In this document: positions 28,430-42,839 of the stretch, piece after piece
How positions within the stretch are numbered: the stretch's first letter is position 1
Layout: the number at the start of each line of letters is the position of its first letter
Assembly (NCBI RefSeq): GCF_000150275.1
Contig: NW_002060958.1
Location: 1,496,265-1,560,264, forward strand
DNA: 64,000 nt
Source: Trichoplax adhaerens
Lineage: Eukaryota > Animalia > Placozoa
Direction of reading: 5' to 3'
Program-made: the position numbers and the translations under genes
The notes under the pieces: model-generated
The model's input: only the letters and a program-made list of their open reading frames with translations
What the model was told of the DNA's origin: nothing
The model's database searches: none

Positions 28430-29097
28430 AACAACTTGCTCTCTTTCTAACGGTATTAAGCTAACAGTTGATTTAGTAACATGTCCTATCGTAAGCGGTA
28501 AGCACGGCAACAATTACAGCATTAATCTCGATGGTAACAGCTTGCTCTCTTTCTAATGGTATTAACACTTAAATTAACAGCAGATTCAGTAATATCTCCT
28601 ATGGCAAGTGGTAAGCACGACAACGATTGCAGCATTAATCTCGATAGAAGCAACTTGCTCTCTTTCTAATGGCATTAACACTTAAATTAACAGCAGATTC
28701 AGTAATATCTCCTATGGCAAGTGGTAAGCGCGACAACGATTGCAGCATTAATCTCGATAGAAGCAACTTGCTCTCTTTCTAATGGCATTAACACTTAAAT
28801 TAACAGCAGATTCAGTAATATCTTCTATCGTAAGTGGTAAGCACGACAACGATTGCAGCATTAATCTCGATAGAAGCAACTTGCTCTCTTTCTAACGGCA
28901 TTAAATTAACAGCAGATTCAGTAATATCTTCTATCGTAAGTGGTAAGCACGGCAACGATTGCAGCATTAATCTCGATAGTAGCAACTTGCTCTCTTTCTA
29001 ACGGCATTAACCCTTCAATTAACAGCAGATTCAGTAATATCTCCTATCGTCAGCGGTAAGCATGGCAACGATTGCAGCAGAAATCTCGATGGTAGCA
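28430..29097. repeat. 113/106 bp minisatellite, 6 copies
   Basis: CA(A/G)CTTGCTCTCTTTCTAA occurs at 28432, 28538, 28651, 28764, 28877 and 28983. The short units lack a 7 bp block. Confidence 0.95.
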
Positions 29098-31208
29098 GAG
29101 TGAACACTGTCGTAACATCGCCTGTGCTGTCAACTACTGCTTGTTGCCTAGTAGAGCTGATTCATTGTCACAGTTCTTATGTCTTGTTAACGTGCGTATG
29201 ATATTGTGCTTGGCTCGAGTTTTCAAATAAAGTAGATTAAAAGAAAGGAAAGCTCAAATCTCAGATTCGTGAGCTCGTTATAAATACTCACCGATTGGTG
29301 GTGTTTCTATCAACGACGATGGTGTATTATTTCAGTCTAATAGCAGGCTCATTTCGACTCCATACGCTGCCTACTACCCAGCACTGGTAGAAATCTAAGC
29401 AAATGAACTCTTCCTTGTGCTACGTTGAATTCAGTCTTTTTGCAAGCTGTAAAGAATGCCTTGAAGGCCAATGCAAAGTCCTATCAACTCTGTAGTATAG
29501 AAGACTTTCATCGGCCTCGTCCTTCCAGAGTCTGTACACTTGTACAGTATAGTAAACAGGGAGAGGATGATGTTTGCAGGAAATGCTCAAACTGCTGTCG
29601 CTGCAGTCTTGATCAAGCTTAAGGAAGAACTGTTTCCCCTTGGTCGAGAAAATGTAGGCGTAGATTTGATCCCTCTTCTGATAGACTAAATCAGTAGAAT
29701 TAATTTACATGATAATACTGTAGCCCTGTTAGTAATGGAGAGTAGATTTTGTCTTGGAAGAATGGTGATGTCACCATCTTGATTGGCAGTCTTGACTAGT
29801 CGAATGATGTTATGGCTTTTGCAATGTAGGCCGTAGTGTACGGATTGCCGCTGTAGGCTAGGCAAGCATGGATGTTGCCTCATCGATATTTCTACTGCCT
29901 ATATAGCTTGATGAATATGAGCAATCACGATAGAAATAAGGCAAAATCAACAATCAAGTTGGTCTTGAAGTGGCCTTTTCGTCTTACTTCCATCATGGCG
30001 GAATGAACCATCGAAAGCAAGCGAGCAAAATGGATGTCACTATAACAATATACTGTAGAACCTGGCTGATGAAGGCGTGTAGCTCACCCGACTGTCTTTG
30101 TCAACGACTTGATAATAAACCCTATATCGCCATCAACACTACGCGACACATACTAGGCTAGCACTATACACCGTTGATGAGAACGTTCGGCCACTACATC
30201 CAGTACTGAGCTCGAATTCATTAAAGGAAACCTTCTCTCTCTCCAGTTTCTACCTCTATTCTCTTCACTTTAGACTTGTTCTCCTTGATTTTGGGTTGAA
30301 ATCCTTCTCTATTCCATATAAGTCAATTAATTAATTAATAAAGGACATCATCATGGCTCTCCATTAACCTTCATGGATGCCTTTTACAACGATGACGTCA
30401 CAGCAAGAGGATTGTACTGTAGGACAGCTGGAGCTGAGGAAAAGAGATGTCGCAGGGTTGTCGATTAAGACTGACTGAAACGTGACTTGAGAGTACAGTT
30501 TACTGTATGGATCCGAAGTTGGTACAGTTCATTTAGGGTCTGATCAAGTTGTTGTTTGGTATAGGAGACTGGGCAAGAAGTCCAAATGAGTGTACCAACA
30601 AAGTACAAACTATCTCAGTTTTAATTGAATGAAAAGCGGCCATTTCTAGACATTAATACAATATCATGGCAAGCTTACAGTATAGAAAGATGGATTTATC
30701 AATACTATAGAGAAAAAACTATTCTTGCCCACTGCCCAATCGAATCAAGATGATGGATAATCTATCGGCTGCAGGACTCACACCAACAAAGTGCCATGAC
30801 ATCTGTTTTAAGCACACGGGAGGCTACAGTACAATCTCCAATCCAAGTACTGTAACTCTCCAGTCTACAGTACTGTACAGTACTGAACTGGCCGTCAGTC
30901 GCAAAAATAATGTCACTCTCCAGTTTGTACTGTAGCTAAAGCTGTGCTTTGTACTGTACTCTAGGCCACAGCACACACAAGCCTATTTCAACCTGGTTTA
31001 CAACATGACTTACGCCCCTGCCTGAGGGACCAAGACGAAGATCAACACTCTGCAGTACTAAGTACTCTTCTACAGTACCTGTTACCTAGGATAAGGGTGA
31101 CATCATTTTAGCACTGTACAGTACAGTACGGTATAGTGCCGACATCAGCAAAAAAATAAATAAATAAATTAAGTCTTCATTTACACCTAAGCTCGGAGAT
31201 AGCTAGTC

Positions 31209-34200
31209 ATGGCTACCGCAAGTTGTTCATCAGCAAATCAAAAGATCCGAATTTGGCAATTTTTAGACGTTCATTTTGGAAGTTGGCGCTATTTCTCTGC
31301 CGATCAGTGCCAATCTTTGCGACAAGGAGTTGATCGTGGCCAACAAACGGTGCAATTGCAAGGCTGCATTGTCAACTTCCTATGCAACGAGATGCAAATC
31401 CAACAGGGTAAGAGTTCATTTTAGCATGTTTACGATGCAAAGTTGCCCTTGTCGAGTGCATGGGGTGCCATGGCTAAGCCTTTTGCCATGCAATACCTCT
31501 GTGTTCATCCTGTGTCTTGGACGGATTCAGCTTGTAGATAAAATGCCACTTGGATAGGTTGAAATGTCAGCTTTGCAGTCAAGGTTACTGTATACTTACT
31601 TTCGTTATTGAATCTTGATAGTGTTCTATTGAAATCCTCGCTTCGCTTTGATACAGGAAAAGAAAAGTCGAAGGATGCATGTCCCACAGTCTTGTTGGAA
31701 CTATAGGATTGATCGGTTGCGTAGTACAGGATCTTACTTTCGTTATTAAATCCTTCTGATACTATTAAAGTTATTCCTTAGCGTTGATACAGTCAAAGAA
31801 AAGTCGAAGGGTGGATGCCTACAGTCTTGTTGGAACCATTTCACTGATCAGTTATGTAGTGTAGACTGTTATTTTCGTTATTCAATCCTTGTTATTAGAC
31901 CTGAGTGTACTGTGAAAGAAAAGTCGAAGGATGGAACTATTTCATTTGTCTTCTTTTCATGGAGTAGCACATCCAAAACCTAGCTGTTGATATTGTTTTT
32001 ATCTTAGTTTTAGCCTTTGTGGTAAATTAACCTTGGCAATGGTAAAGGTTAACTCGGTTTGATCGTCAATTCGCACTGTTGCTCAAGATGATAGATACTA
32101 ACTACTACTACTTGGTAGTTGGTAGATTGTGTCAGATTTAGCGATACGTTGAGGAGTGATTAACTTATGGACTCCCTTCTTCAGATGAGATTTTAGCTCC
32201 AAACGCTCAAAAACGTGTCTTCTAGCAATTCAGTTTAGTCAGACAAATCAGTAAAACGATTGCTGTAGTGTTTTATTTCCATGAATCGTTCATCATGTAT
32301 GATAGTAACGGTAGTGAGAGAGTGTGAAATAACTGTTCGATAGGCAGCTAAACTCATCAGAAAAGGGCCCCCTGGCTTGATATTAGTTCTCTCAACCTTG
32401 TTTCCTCCTATTTGGTATACGTATTCTTTACACTTGCTGTTAGTGTTACCTATTCTTATCCAATTATCCATCGTGTGTAACAAGAATAATAATGTGTCCA
32501 ATTGTGAACGTTTTACAGCAGATCAACCCAATCTGCCAACCATAATTCCGATTCGACAAATCGATATTGCAGCCGATTCCACTATCGCTGAGGGCATCGC
32601 ATGGGAATGGGAAATAGAACACAATGAATGGATTCCTTATAGGGACGATGCCAATGAATTAATCGAGCAGGAATTTTCGAGAAGCAAAAACCAATGGAAA
32701 AAGGATGTGGACTTGTCTGTCATTGGCTTACCTTATACGATCAATTATAAAAAAAACTTTCAACGAAATACTTACAGCGGTTTCAAAAGAAAAATTCGAA
32801 GAAATATTTACGGAAGCTACAAAGATACTTTACCAATAATTACGGATAGTGATATGCAAGACGATTCTCTCCATAAGAAAGAATTTTCTACAGGTCTTAT
32901 TCTATAGGCCTAATAACGTAATAACTTTTCATTGACTAATTTATCTTCCAACGCTAGCAACCTACAGTAGCAAAATATAACTATGCCATAGTGTCTTGGC
33001 AGAATGTTAAAAGCATGTTCTCCTTAACGCTGTCGATTGAGATTTAATGAACCGAAATGATCCCAAAGAGTAATTGTAACAAATTCTTCGTAGGCAACAA
33101 CGACGATCTTAAAGGGACAAACTCTTCTGCAATTGAAAAGAAAGGAGAAAACTCAGAAAAGACGGCCGTTGATTTGACTCAGTCGCCACGTAGTAATGTT
33201 TCAGCATGGGATCGGAAATTGCATAAGCAAAAGTATAAACAGCTAGCTGATTTTATCTTACCAGTTGATAATCAACAATTGCCTGATGAGGTAAAATGAT
33301 TGAAAAATTTGTTGCTATTATGTATGATGGTATTGGATATCTACCATGGATAGATGCATATAGTAATGTTCCTTTTCCTTGATAACTGCTTACAAATGTG
33401 CGTAGGATCAATTGCAGTTTGCATATTAGTAATATATACCTCGTCTATGCGTGACAAATGATAACTTGCATCATTGAAAACTCCTAAAGTCCATTCTAGC
33501 TCAGTAACTATAATTGAAGTTCAGTAATCATACGAAAATAGATATTTTTGAGCAAGTATAACATCGATCTTTATTAAATTAAAAGTATCATCTAGCTATA
33601 CAATGTTAGCTTATTTATTGTTAGCTCGCTAAAGGGTATTGGAGTTAGAGGTTAGATTGCTATAGGGTGTATGCTCGTATCTGTATTATAACTATTGAGT
33701 ATTTCGGTACAGTTATAACGTTCAAAAGTCAATAGACACATTTTTAATGCTACTGCTATTTCGATGCATGACTGTTAGTTAAAATTGACAACATTGAAAT
33801 ATCATTCCACCCCTTTCAATTTTATTATCGTTACAGAACTGCATTATATGCTTTGAAGAAGTGACAGCTGCATCAGGCTTTAGTAACGAAGATGAAAGTA
33901 GCAGTCGTGTCGTCATGCTTAGCCAGTGCAAGCATTATTTTCACGACGAGTGTATTTTCGCGTGTGTGCAAAGTAAAACTGTAAGACCATGATAACGTGA
34001 TAAATATTCAAGTACTAAAGGCGATTGATATTCTCACCATAATGTGTAAATGTATCTTTAGATGTAAATTTGAGATGTTAACAGTCGAATGACTGAAATA
34101 TCCACTTTTCTCAATAAATGTAACATTAGATCAAGATACAAATACTGTCCAGGACTTCTAAGTAGACAATATTGAATCAATTCAAATATTTAATCGCATA

Positions 34201-34961
34201 TCAATCTTTTTTAATACAGTCTGAATTTTTAGAATGTCCAAAATGTCGCACGTTGCATGGAATAAAGACTGGAAATCAACCTGAGGGAACAATGACCTAT
34301 GTAGTACAGAATGGGATGCAAATACCTGGATTTAACTCTACATCGGCTATTGTTATTACCTATAATTTTCGAAGTGGCATACAGGTTATCATTGTGGATT
34401 AAAATAATAAAACTTGTTGTCGGTATATGTCCAGCAGTTGGTAGGTTTATATAATGAATTAATTAATAATTATTATTCATCATTCTATGATTTTAGGGGC
34501 CACAGCATCCCAATCCTGGTGCGAGGTACCATGCAAATGCTTTTCCCCGAGTAGCTTACTTACCAAATACTGCTAAAGGACAAGAGGTATGTGTTCCGCC
34601 CTTGATAGTTTCTTACCAAACTGCTCACTCCCGAACAGTACTACTAGCACACGTTAGGTTAGCGTATTTTGTACTGCTAGTCATGTTTATTGCATTCTAA
34701 TTAGATACTGTAACTAATTACTGTGTTAAAAATTGGGTATTAATTGCACTGTAGGTACTTCGCTTACTTCAGATCGCTTGGGCACGCAGTTTAATATTTG
34801 CCATTGGACGATCATCAACAAGCGGAGCTGACAATGTTATTGTATGGAATGATATCCATCATAAAACTGAATGGCAAAGTAACTATAGTGGTCATGGCTA
34901 TCCAGATCCTGACTATATAAAACGCGTAACTGAAGAATTGCATGCCCATGGAATACGCTGA
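31209..34961 (+). CDS. DTX: Deltex E3 ubiquitin ligase (WWE-WWE, RING-H2, DTC), ~458 aa; exons 31209-31407, 32519-32893, 33094-33290, 33837-33980, 34220-34384, 34497-34586, 34755-34961
   Basis: WWE motifs (IWQF..W, GIAWEWE..WIPY..IE), RING-H2 CIIC..CKHYFHDEC..CPKC, and DTC motifs GIKTGNQPEGTM, GIQGPQHPNPG, FPRVAYLP, WNDIHHKTE, GHGYPDPDY. All splice phases are compatible. Confidence 0.96.
31560..31945. repeat. ~120-136 bp tandem repeat (3 copies) in Deltex intron 1
   Basis: AAGAAAAGTCGAAGG recurs near 31661, 31797 and 31917, each preceded by TTTCGTTATT. Confidence 0.8.
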
Positions 34962-36081
34962 ATACTTTTATGACATCAAATAATCATCTACTAACAGATA
35001 CATAATTCATTTGGCATTATGTAATCGGATTACATGGTTTTGAGATATCCTATATATTTATTGGCCACTATAAACAATTTACTAATGGTAATTTAGCTAG
35101 TAACTAGCTTCAATATCCTACGATTTGTTCAAGTAATGTGAGTATGTAGATCACTTACGAGTATGTATATATATATATATGTACAAATATATATTTGTAC
35201 TGTGATAGGTCAGTAATATCAACGAAATAATACCATGCCTACGCAATTTTTTACAAATAAATGATATAACAGCAAAATGGTATCGATATGTTAAACAATA
35301 AGGTGTTCTTGTGTTTTTTCCTCGTACACTTGTCGTTAATTTAGTATTTTAATACCGCATAATTGCCGTAGCATTTGTACATAAGATATTCGTATCTTTA
35401 CCATATTTGGCTACTCATAACGGCTTTACAATTTATCTTTGGGTCATTATATTAGCTAGTTTAGTGAGCATTTGGCACGAAATTCATACCAGTATCTGTG
35501 TTTTTCACACACGTATATACCATCTATCTAAATATTTATATAACTTTATACGTACATATGTATACTTCATATATCTCTATTTGGCTAAATGCTTTCAGTT
35601 AGACTTGTTTAGAGAAATTCACACAAATAGCCCAGCTAAATTACATTCGTACATTGATCATTAACAAGTAATAACATCAGCATTGACAGTTTAGGTAGGA
35701 GTTCCGTGGTAAATAAACGGCAGAGATACGGTTGTGATAAGGTCTGCTAAAATTATAATCACAGACGATGATACATTACAATAAGTCCGCAATGAAAGAT
35801 CAGCTATATAATTACAATTCCAAAAAATGATGATGATTTTAAAATTCAATACGAGAATTGCATAGAACGTTAAGGAGATATTATTTCGTATACAGTAGAC
35901 CCTAAAAATGTACTTTCTAAGGATCGATGTAGTTTTTAGTTTAGGCCAATATAATACAAATTTTTACGATATATATTTCATTTTTTCTTAAATTAAACCC
36001 GATCTTTTCACCGGGCTTCACAGATTTAATGGTTGTCTGAGAACATTCACCCAGTGTAATGTAGATTGTTTACACGACTTA

Positions 36082-39000
36082 TTACAATATATGACAGCAT
36101 CTACACATTCTAGTTCTCGCAGTTTCTGCTTGATCAGCTGGCGTTGCAGGAGGAAAGTATACATGAATTTGTACAGATGGTAACTGATTCTAGATAGAAA
36201 AAATACAATTATGATCGTTACCCTTGAACGATTTATCGCACCAATTTTACAGTATGACATCAAAGATACGTTACACACCATCAGTCTTTTAATGCCACTT
36301 TTGGTAATGCCTTGGCAATCATACAATCCAATACGTTTCAGATTACGACATTCACTATTCAAATAAGTCGGTGAAATTTAATCAATACTTTATAAGATTG
36401 TAATCTCTGCCAAATACAACGTTGCACTTGATAGCGTTGTTGCTACTTACTGTAGTTGGCCTAAAGTGCCGTCAGTGAGTTGTGGGCAGTTATCGAGTTC
36501 TAAATGCTCAATATTATATTTAATAGGGCTCTGAACTATCTTACGTATACCAGAGTCTGTTATATGCTCGCAATACGATAGAACCTAGGTTATAAATGTC
36601 AAAATCCACGTTAATTATCCTATACAAAAAGTCGTAGCAATTAGGGGGAGACGAGATTGCTTACCAAAGAACGCAACTTTGGACAATACAATGCCATTTC
36701 ATTTAACACATTATCTGATATCTACACAAATATATGATAACAACGTCAATAGACGACCGTTAATGCTATAAAGTTGATTACATATTATTTAATACCCTAG
36801 CACAGTCTTCCAAGTCTAGTCGTTCAATATCGCAGCAATTCTGCATAATAAAATGATAACATTAGTGCCAGCAATTAAATCTTAGCCAATTGCTATGCTA
36901 AATGACTCTTGTCTATTCTAAAATGCGTCAGTAGCGATTTATATCACATACTTTTAACAATACTTGAAAGCCATTATCCGTTAAACTGGAACAGTGGGCA
37001 ACCTCTAATACTCTATGTTCGTTGAAATATACAAATGTGAATTGGGAGTTGTTTATGCTTGATAACTTTAAACGTTCATTAAATACCTTAAATGTTTACA
37101 ACCGTGACCCAGATACTTCAAGGAAGCATCTGTAATTAGGTCGCACTTTGACATGCATAACTCTTCTAGGCTATGACAATTTACACTAACTCCTTCAACA
37201 GAAACATCATGGATACCCTAACAATAAAAATAAGCTTGCTATGATAAAATGTCCATTGAAAATCAACCGATGATTAGAAACTGAATGCATTAGGAAATAT
37301 CGCAATAAATTTTAGCAGCTGCATGTCTATTCCAGATAAATTACTTACTATACAGTTATGTAAATTTAAAATAACCAATTCCTTGCAATTCTTTGCTGCT
37401 GTAATAACTGCATCATCCGTTAACTAATGGACATATAAAATCAAGAACTTAAAGCAAAACATCCTATTTCAGGTATTTTCTTAGAGTGTATATCACTCAC
37501 CTGAGTGCAACCTTTCATTAGTAGAGTTCGAAGTTTGGGGCACTCCTTCGTTAAATTCTTGATGCCACTATCAGTAATCCGATTACACCATGAAATATCT
37601 AAATAACTTAATGAACCGCAACCATTGCTACGGCGTATATACAGACATCTATTAGATACATTGTGCTAGCTAACAAACTACATACAATATAGCACATGAG
37701 TGATAAGCGAACTTCATTTTATGCAGTTTCATACCCTATTGCTATTAGAGAATCATCGCCAACTCCCGAACAAGAAGATATATCTAGATATCGTAAATAA
37801 GGGCAGTTTCTTCCAAGACTTATGCAAGTTCTAGCACATTAATAAAAAGGCAAACTTTAAAATCAAAATAGTCTATTGTGACAATACAGTATACATAAGC
37901 AATAAAAAAATACGAACTTATCCGTTATAGCACTGCATCCCTCTAACTTTAGTGCTTCTATGTATCGGCAATGTTGGGAAAATGTCCTGAATAATTGAAT
38001 TCCATAATACGTGATCAAATATTTGTGGTTTCAAATATAAATAAATAATTGAGATTATAATGAAGTCGGAAAAATTTTAAAACATACTCTAAAGCATTAT
38101 CTCCAACTTTTATGCATCCTCGAATATTAAGCGTTTTCAAAAAGCCTCCACAACGTTGTGCAATCCTCTCGATAACTTTACACTAGGATGATGCATGAAC
38201 AATGCTTCATTAATGATAGCTATCGTATACAGTCAATAATATTGCTTAAGTAGCCACTTTGGCTATATCAAACTTAAGTTAATATAGCGTTAAATTTGTA
38301 TATCAATATCAACGGCATTGGTATTCATACTTCAATATCTTTTTGAAAGCAAAAGAGATCTACATGTTGCCAATTACTACCATCCAAAGCTAAAGTATTC
38401 CAGGTCTAAACCATGATAATATATGTAATGCGCAATTCCATATAGATTAGTACAAAATTATGCTGATGATGTCATGAATATTTTCTAGGTGAGTACAATG
38501 TAGCAAAATTGAATTCATCTTACCCTACAAACTTGTGCACATCGACAGAGCGTCACTGTGTCTAAAAAGGAGAATATCCTGAAAAATGATAGAATAGCGA
38601 TGTCAATGGAAATTTTGAATACTTGACGTATACTATCGACGGTACTTGTGGCAATCACTAAGCTTGGGCTTTCCTTTTTTATTAAACTACGTCATCCATG
38701 TGTGAGAAATGTTGTCTATAGTTCAAACTGGCAGGACTGATTTATATTTAAGGATAATCTCTATTCTAAAACAATAAAATTTTACTACCACTTTATTAGT
38801 CATTTTATAGTTATAGATATATTTCCTTATTATAATTTTACAATTGGAACATGATAAACTTGAGCCTACGACCTAACGATGATTGATACAATTTCGCCGG
38901 TACGAAAGCGTACTAATTACCTCAACTAATTAATAAATGGTGTCCTATACAATTTACCGTTTAATTCGTTACAAAGTGAAAGTTGATGAAAAAAATTAGC

Positions 39001-39365
39001 TTACTTTAGAGTTATTTCCTTCGGCAGCTTACGGATATTATCAATGCAATCCGGTTGTTTCGATTGCGATAAATTCTATGGACAGAGAATCAATTTTAAC
39101 TTTTAAAAATAATTTGACTTTTTTAACAAAGAGCTTGCTTTAAGTATCATTGGCAGTAAACTTTTCGTCGAGATATATATTATATACAAAAGGTTTTGAA
39201 TATAATTGTATCCGTTATATACAGTATATAGCTATTGTATATATTTCTACAGTAATATACTCTTCCATTTTTTACAGGACGCTTACAATGATAGAAATGA
39301 AAGTAATGTTTTTTTTTTTTACATAGCAGCTCAAAGTAAGCTACGTCCTTCGGAGAGCTTTTCAT
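36082..39365 (-). CDS. FBXL20: F-box/LRR protein FBXL2/FBXL20 orthologue, ~16 exons, C-terminal CaaX
   Basis: F-box KLPKEITLKIFSFLDTVTLCRCAQVC, WNTLALDGSNWQHVDLF, RCGGFLKTLNIRGC, LELDNCPQLTD, LYDCQGITKSGIKRL, and the ending RMCRCCHIL*. The start is inferred from a 21-nt exon MKSSPKD (39365-39345) and is less certain. Confidence 0.93.
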
Positions 39366-40049
39366 TTTAAAAGGGAACGATTAATAGGTGTACTTTATGT
39401 ATAAAGTGATTCTATTCATTGGAAGTGATGGCAAGACGAAGCGTTTCAGAAAGCATTCTCTCCGTTATGCTCGAATCATAACCATTATTACATCATGACA
39501 GTTCTTTGCCTATCGACCATCGGAACATGCATACTGCCTTCTCCGTATTTGAGTAGTCTGTAGTCTGTGCTGTGCAGTTCTAAAGCCATTCATCCAATTC
39601 TTTACGGGTAATATCAATGTCAATGACTGTCTTAAATATATAGTTCTCATCATTTTGTACTCAGAGAGTGGATTACGGTACAAGTCAAAGACTACGATTA
39701 TGCATATCATCCATGTAATGCCGTTTCCACGCTTCCTGTCTGCATTTTTGGGTAATGCATAAAATTCGGTTGGGATCAAAACTGATGCATTCCGAACAAA
39801 AGACACTGTATTTTGATCCATTTTTGCCAACAACCAAGGCATTACATTCATTTCTAGTCTAGCTCAACAAAAACTATCCACCGCGTCGATTTGATTACTA
39901 GTACTAGTAGACATGAACAGAAAATTCTCTCGGCATGACATCAATAAGATCAAAAATAGCAACAGCAGCAATGGTGATGGTTATTCCAATTAATAAATAG
40001 GATCTGCACTCGAAGTATAGAACGTGCAGTGTAGTATTGTGTAATTTGC

Positions 40050-41240
40050 AAGCCCTTCACTCTTCATCATCTTTATCAATGATCACCATTCCGTCATCGT
40101 AGAAAGTACTATCCTATTCATCGTCGCTGTCTAGAAATACAAGGTACCGAGGATATAAAATGCACTATTACTACGATTCCGTTCATCCTAGACTGCATCC
40201 TACAATGTCCAAGCACTTTACTCTTCATCATCTTTATTGGTGACTACTATTCCGTAATTTTATAAAGCACTTGACTACTCATCATCCTTATCTATGCAGT
40301 ACAGTACAGTACAATAGGTATAAAGTAGATAAACTGGGCTATCGCTACGATTGCGTTAACCCTATACTACAGTAGATTGTATAATTTAGCTAATTTAGTA
40401 AATTTTACGTAATTTACTAAGTTAGCTAAGCCCTTTACTCTTCATCGTCCTTTATCGATGACCACCATTCCGTCATCGTAGAAAGCACTGTACTATTCAT
40501 CGTCGTTGTCTATAAATACAAGGTACGAGGATATAAAGTGCGCTATTACTACGATTCCCTTCATCGTAGACTGCATTCTAAAAAGCACTTTACTATCCAT
40601 CCTCGTTGTCTATAAATACATGGTACGAGGATATAAAGTGCGCTATTACTACGATTCCCTTCATCGTAGACTGCATTCTAAAAAGCACTTTACTATTCAT
40701 CCTCGTTGTCTATAAATACAAGGTACGAGAATATAAAGTGCGCTATTACTACGATTCCCTTCATCGTAGACTGCATTCTAAAAAGTACTTTACTATTCAT
40801 CCTCGTTGCCTAGAAATACAAGGTACGAGAATATAAAGTGCGCTATTACTACGATTCCCTTCATCGTAGACTGTATTGTAAAAAGCACTTTACTATTCAT
40901 CCTCGTTACCTAGAAATACAAGGTACGAGTATATAAAGTGCGCTATTACTACGATTCCCTTCATCGTGCTGTAGACTGCATTCTAAAAAGCACATTACTA
41001 TTCGTCATCGTTGTCTAGAAATACAAGGTACGAGGATATAAAGTGCGCTATTACTACGATTCCCTTCATCGTGGACTGCATTCTAAAAAGCACTTTCCTA
41101 CTCATCATCCTTCTCTATCAATATAAAGCGTACTATTACTACGATTCCGTAATGCTATACTGCATTCTGCAATTTCCAAGCACTTTACGATTCATCGTTC
41201 TCATCTGGAAATATAACGTGCACTATTACTACGATTCCGT
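40050..41240. repeat. 100 bp minisatellite, ~6 well-conserved copies plus degenerate flanks
   Basis: TTG(T/C)CTA(T/G)AAATACAAGGTACGAG..ATAAAGTGCGCTATTACTACGATTCCCTTCATCG starts at 40506, 40606, 40706, 40806, 40906 and 41011. Confidence 0.95.
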
Positions 41241-42839
41241 AATCGCCAATCTCAGTATCAGTAGCGTTGGAGCAGCTAAGTGCACCTGTCACGGGCCGAA
41301 GATTTTCAATCGTTTTGCATGACAAATGGAAACAATCGATATTATTACTGTATTTTTATTGATATTATGATTATTTTTTCTCTTTTCCTATCTGTATGGA
41401 ATAGTGCTGTTGTAGTACAGTGTACATTAACCTCGAGTGTAGTCTATATTGTACTATGTCGTTTTCGTGTCTTGATGGCAACAGTTCCCTAGCTCTCCCC
41501 CCCCCCCAAAAAAAACTAGAGACACAATACAGTACTGTCTTTTACGGTATTTAACAAGAATCAGACATAGTACAATAGTGTAGAGAAAAGTATGGCGATT
41601 TTTTCTCTTTTTATTCATGCCAAGAGTTGTATTCCAGCCATGCTATCCGTGCATAGACACGAAAATTATTTGAAGGCAACCAAGACGTAAAATAATGTCT
41701 TTTGGACGATTTTAAATGCAATTGATTGACTGGGAAAGGTGGGAAGGATTTTCTATTTTGATCCACTGCCTATGGTGGGGTAAAGTAGGCTCCCAACTCT
41801 TTCATATTTATTCGTTTCTGTTTGGTAGTCAATTTACTGATGCCGGGGACTTGCCAAGTAGGGTAGTCGAGTCAGCTAACAAGAATAGTAAACTGGATCA
41901 TCGTACTGGAAGCATAACACGGCAGTCGATGGAGAATAGAGTAGAGTGGAGAGCAGAGTACCTGTGCTGTGTTTGCTGATGACGATAGCAAAGCAATCGC
42001 ATACAGTAGCAGTGTCTAAGCGGTACAGTACTGTAGCAGGATAGTCGAATTGAGTGAAAAACGAGAGACACGGTCGCAATATTCTCAAGATGAGCGATTT
42101 CCCAACTGAGCATCGATCATTCATCATCCAATGCTACAAGCCCTGATGATGAGAATGCCTCCTATCTCCAATCATTTATTCATTGTATGACTATGCCATG
42201 GGAAAATAGGTCCCCAAATGGGTCAAGTACAAGTGGAATGAATGAGAAAATGAAACTCGATCGCAAGTGGAAAAATGAGCCAGTGTCATCAATGCGTGGA
42301 GATACTGTACTCGTATGGTCCAGTATTTTATTATTATTATTTATTTACATCGACGCGTATTTCAAAACAGAGTTGACTTTTTGCAATTGATGATTGCTTT
42401 TACGTTCAACATCCTTGATGCAGTTGATCGTTGGGCTTATTGCATGTCATGGTCAACTAGGATCGTGATGGTGTCGCGTTTGTTGGATATAACGCTCAAA
42501 GAAGTCCATTGGTAGGCAAGCGTCGTTTGGCTAGTGAAACAACAAAAGTTTGTGGGACAAAAATGGCAGAACCCTTTCTCACTTACCTGAACTTTAGTCT
42601 TGCTACCGAGTGTACCAGTCATTGCATTTCTAACGTGATCCAAGCAAGATAAAGCGACTTGAAAATAGTGGGTTGTATCGAACTAGTTGGATAGAGTTAG
42701 GATAGGACGACGTAATCTTTTTACGATAGCATTCGGCTTTCCTTGCCACTTTTATTGATTGATGATGGATAGAAATTTTCCACAGTGTTTTCAGATGAAT
42801 GTGGTAATCCTGTTGTTTTGTTTTCGTGCAACTTTGCAG

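Noticed and set aside
40506-41322. Repeated ORFs MSINTRYEDIKCAITT.. and a CRISPR-like periodicity
   Set aside because: The 100-bp unit is not a multiple of 3, there are no unique spacers or cas genes, and the context is eukaryotic.
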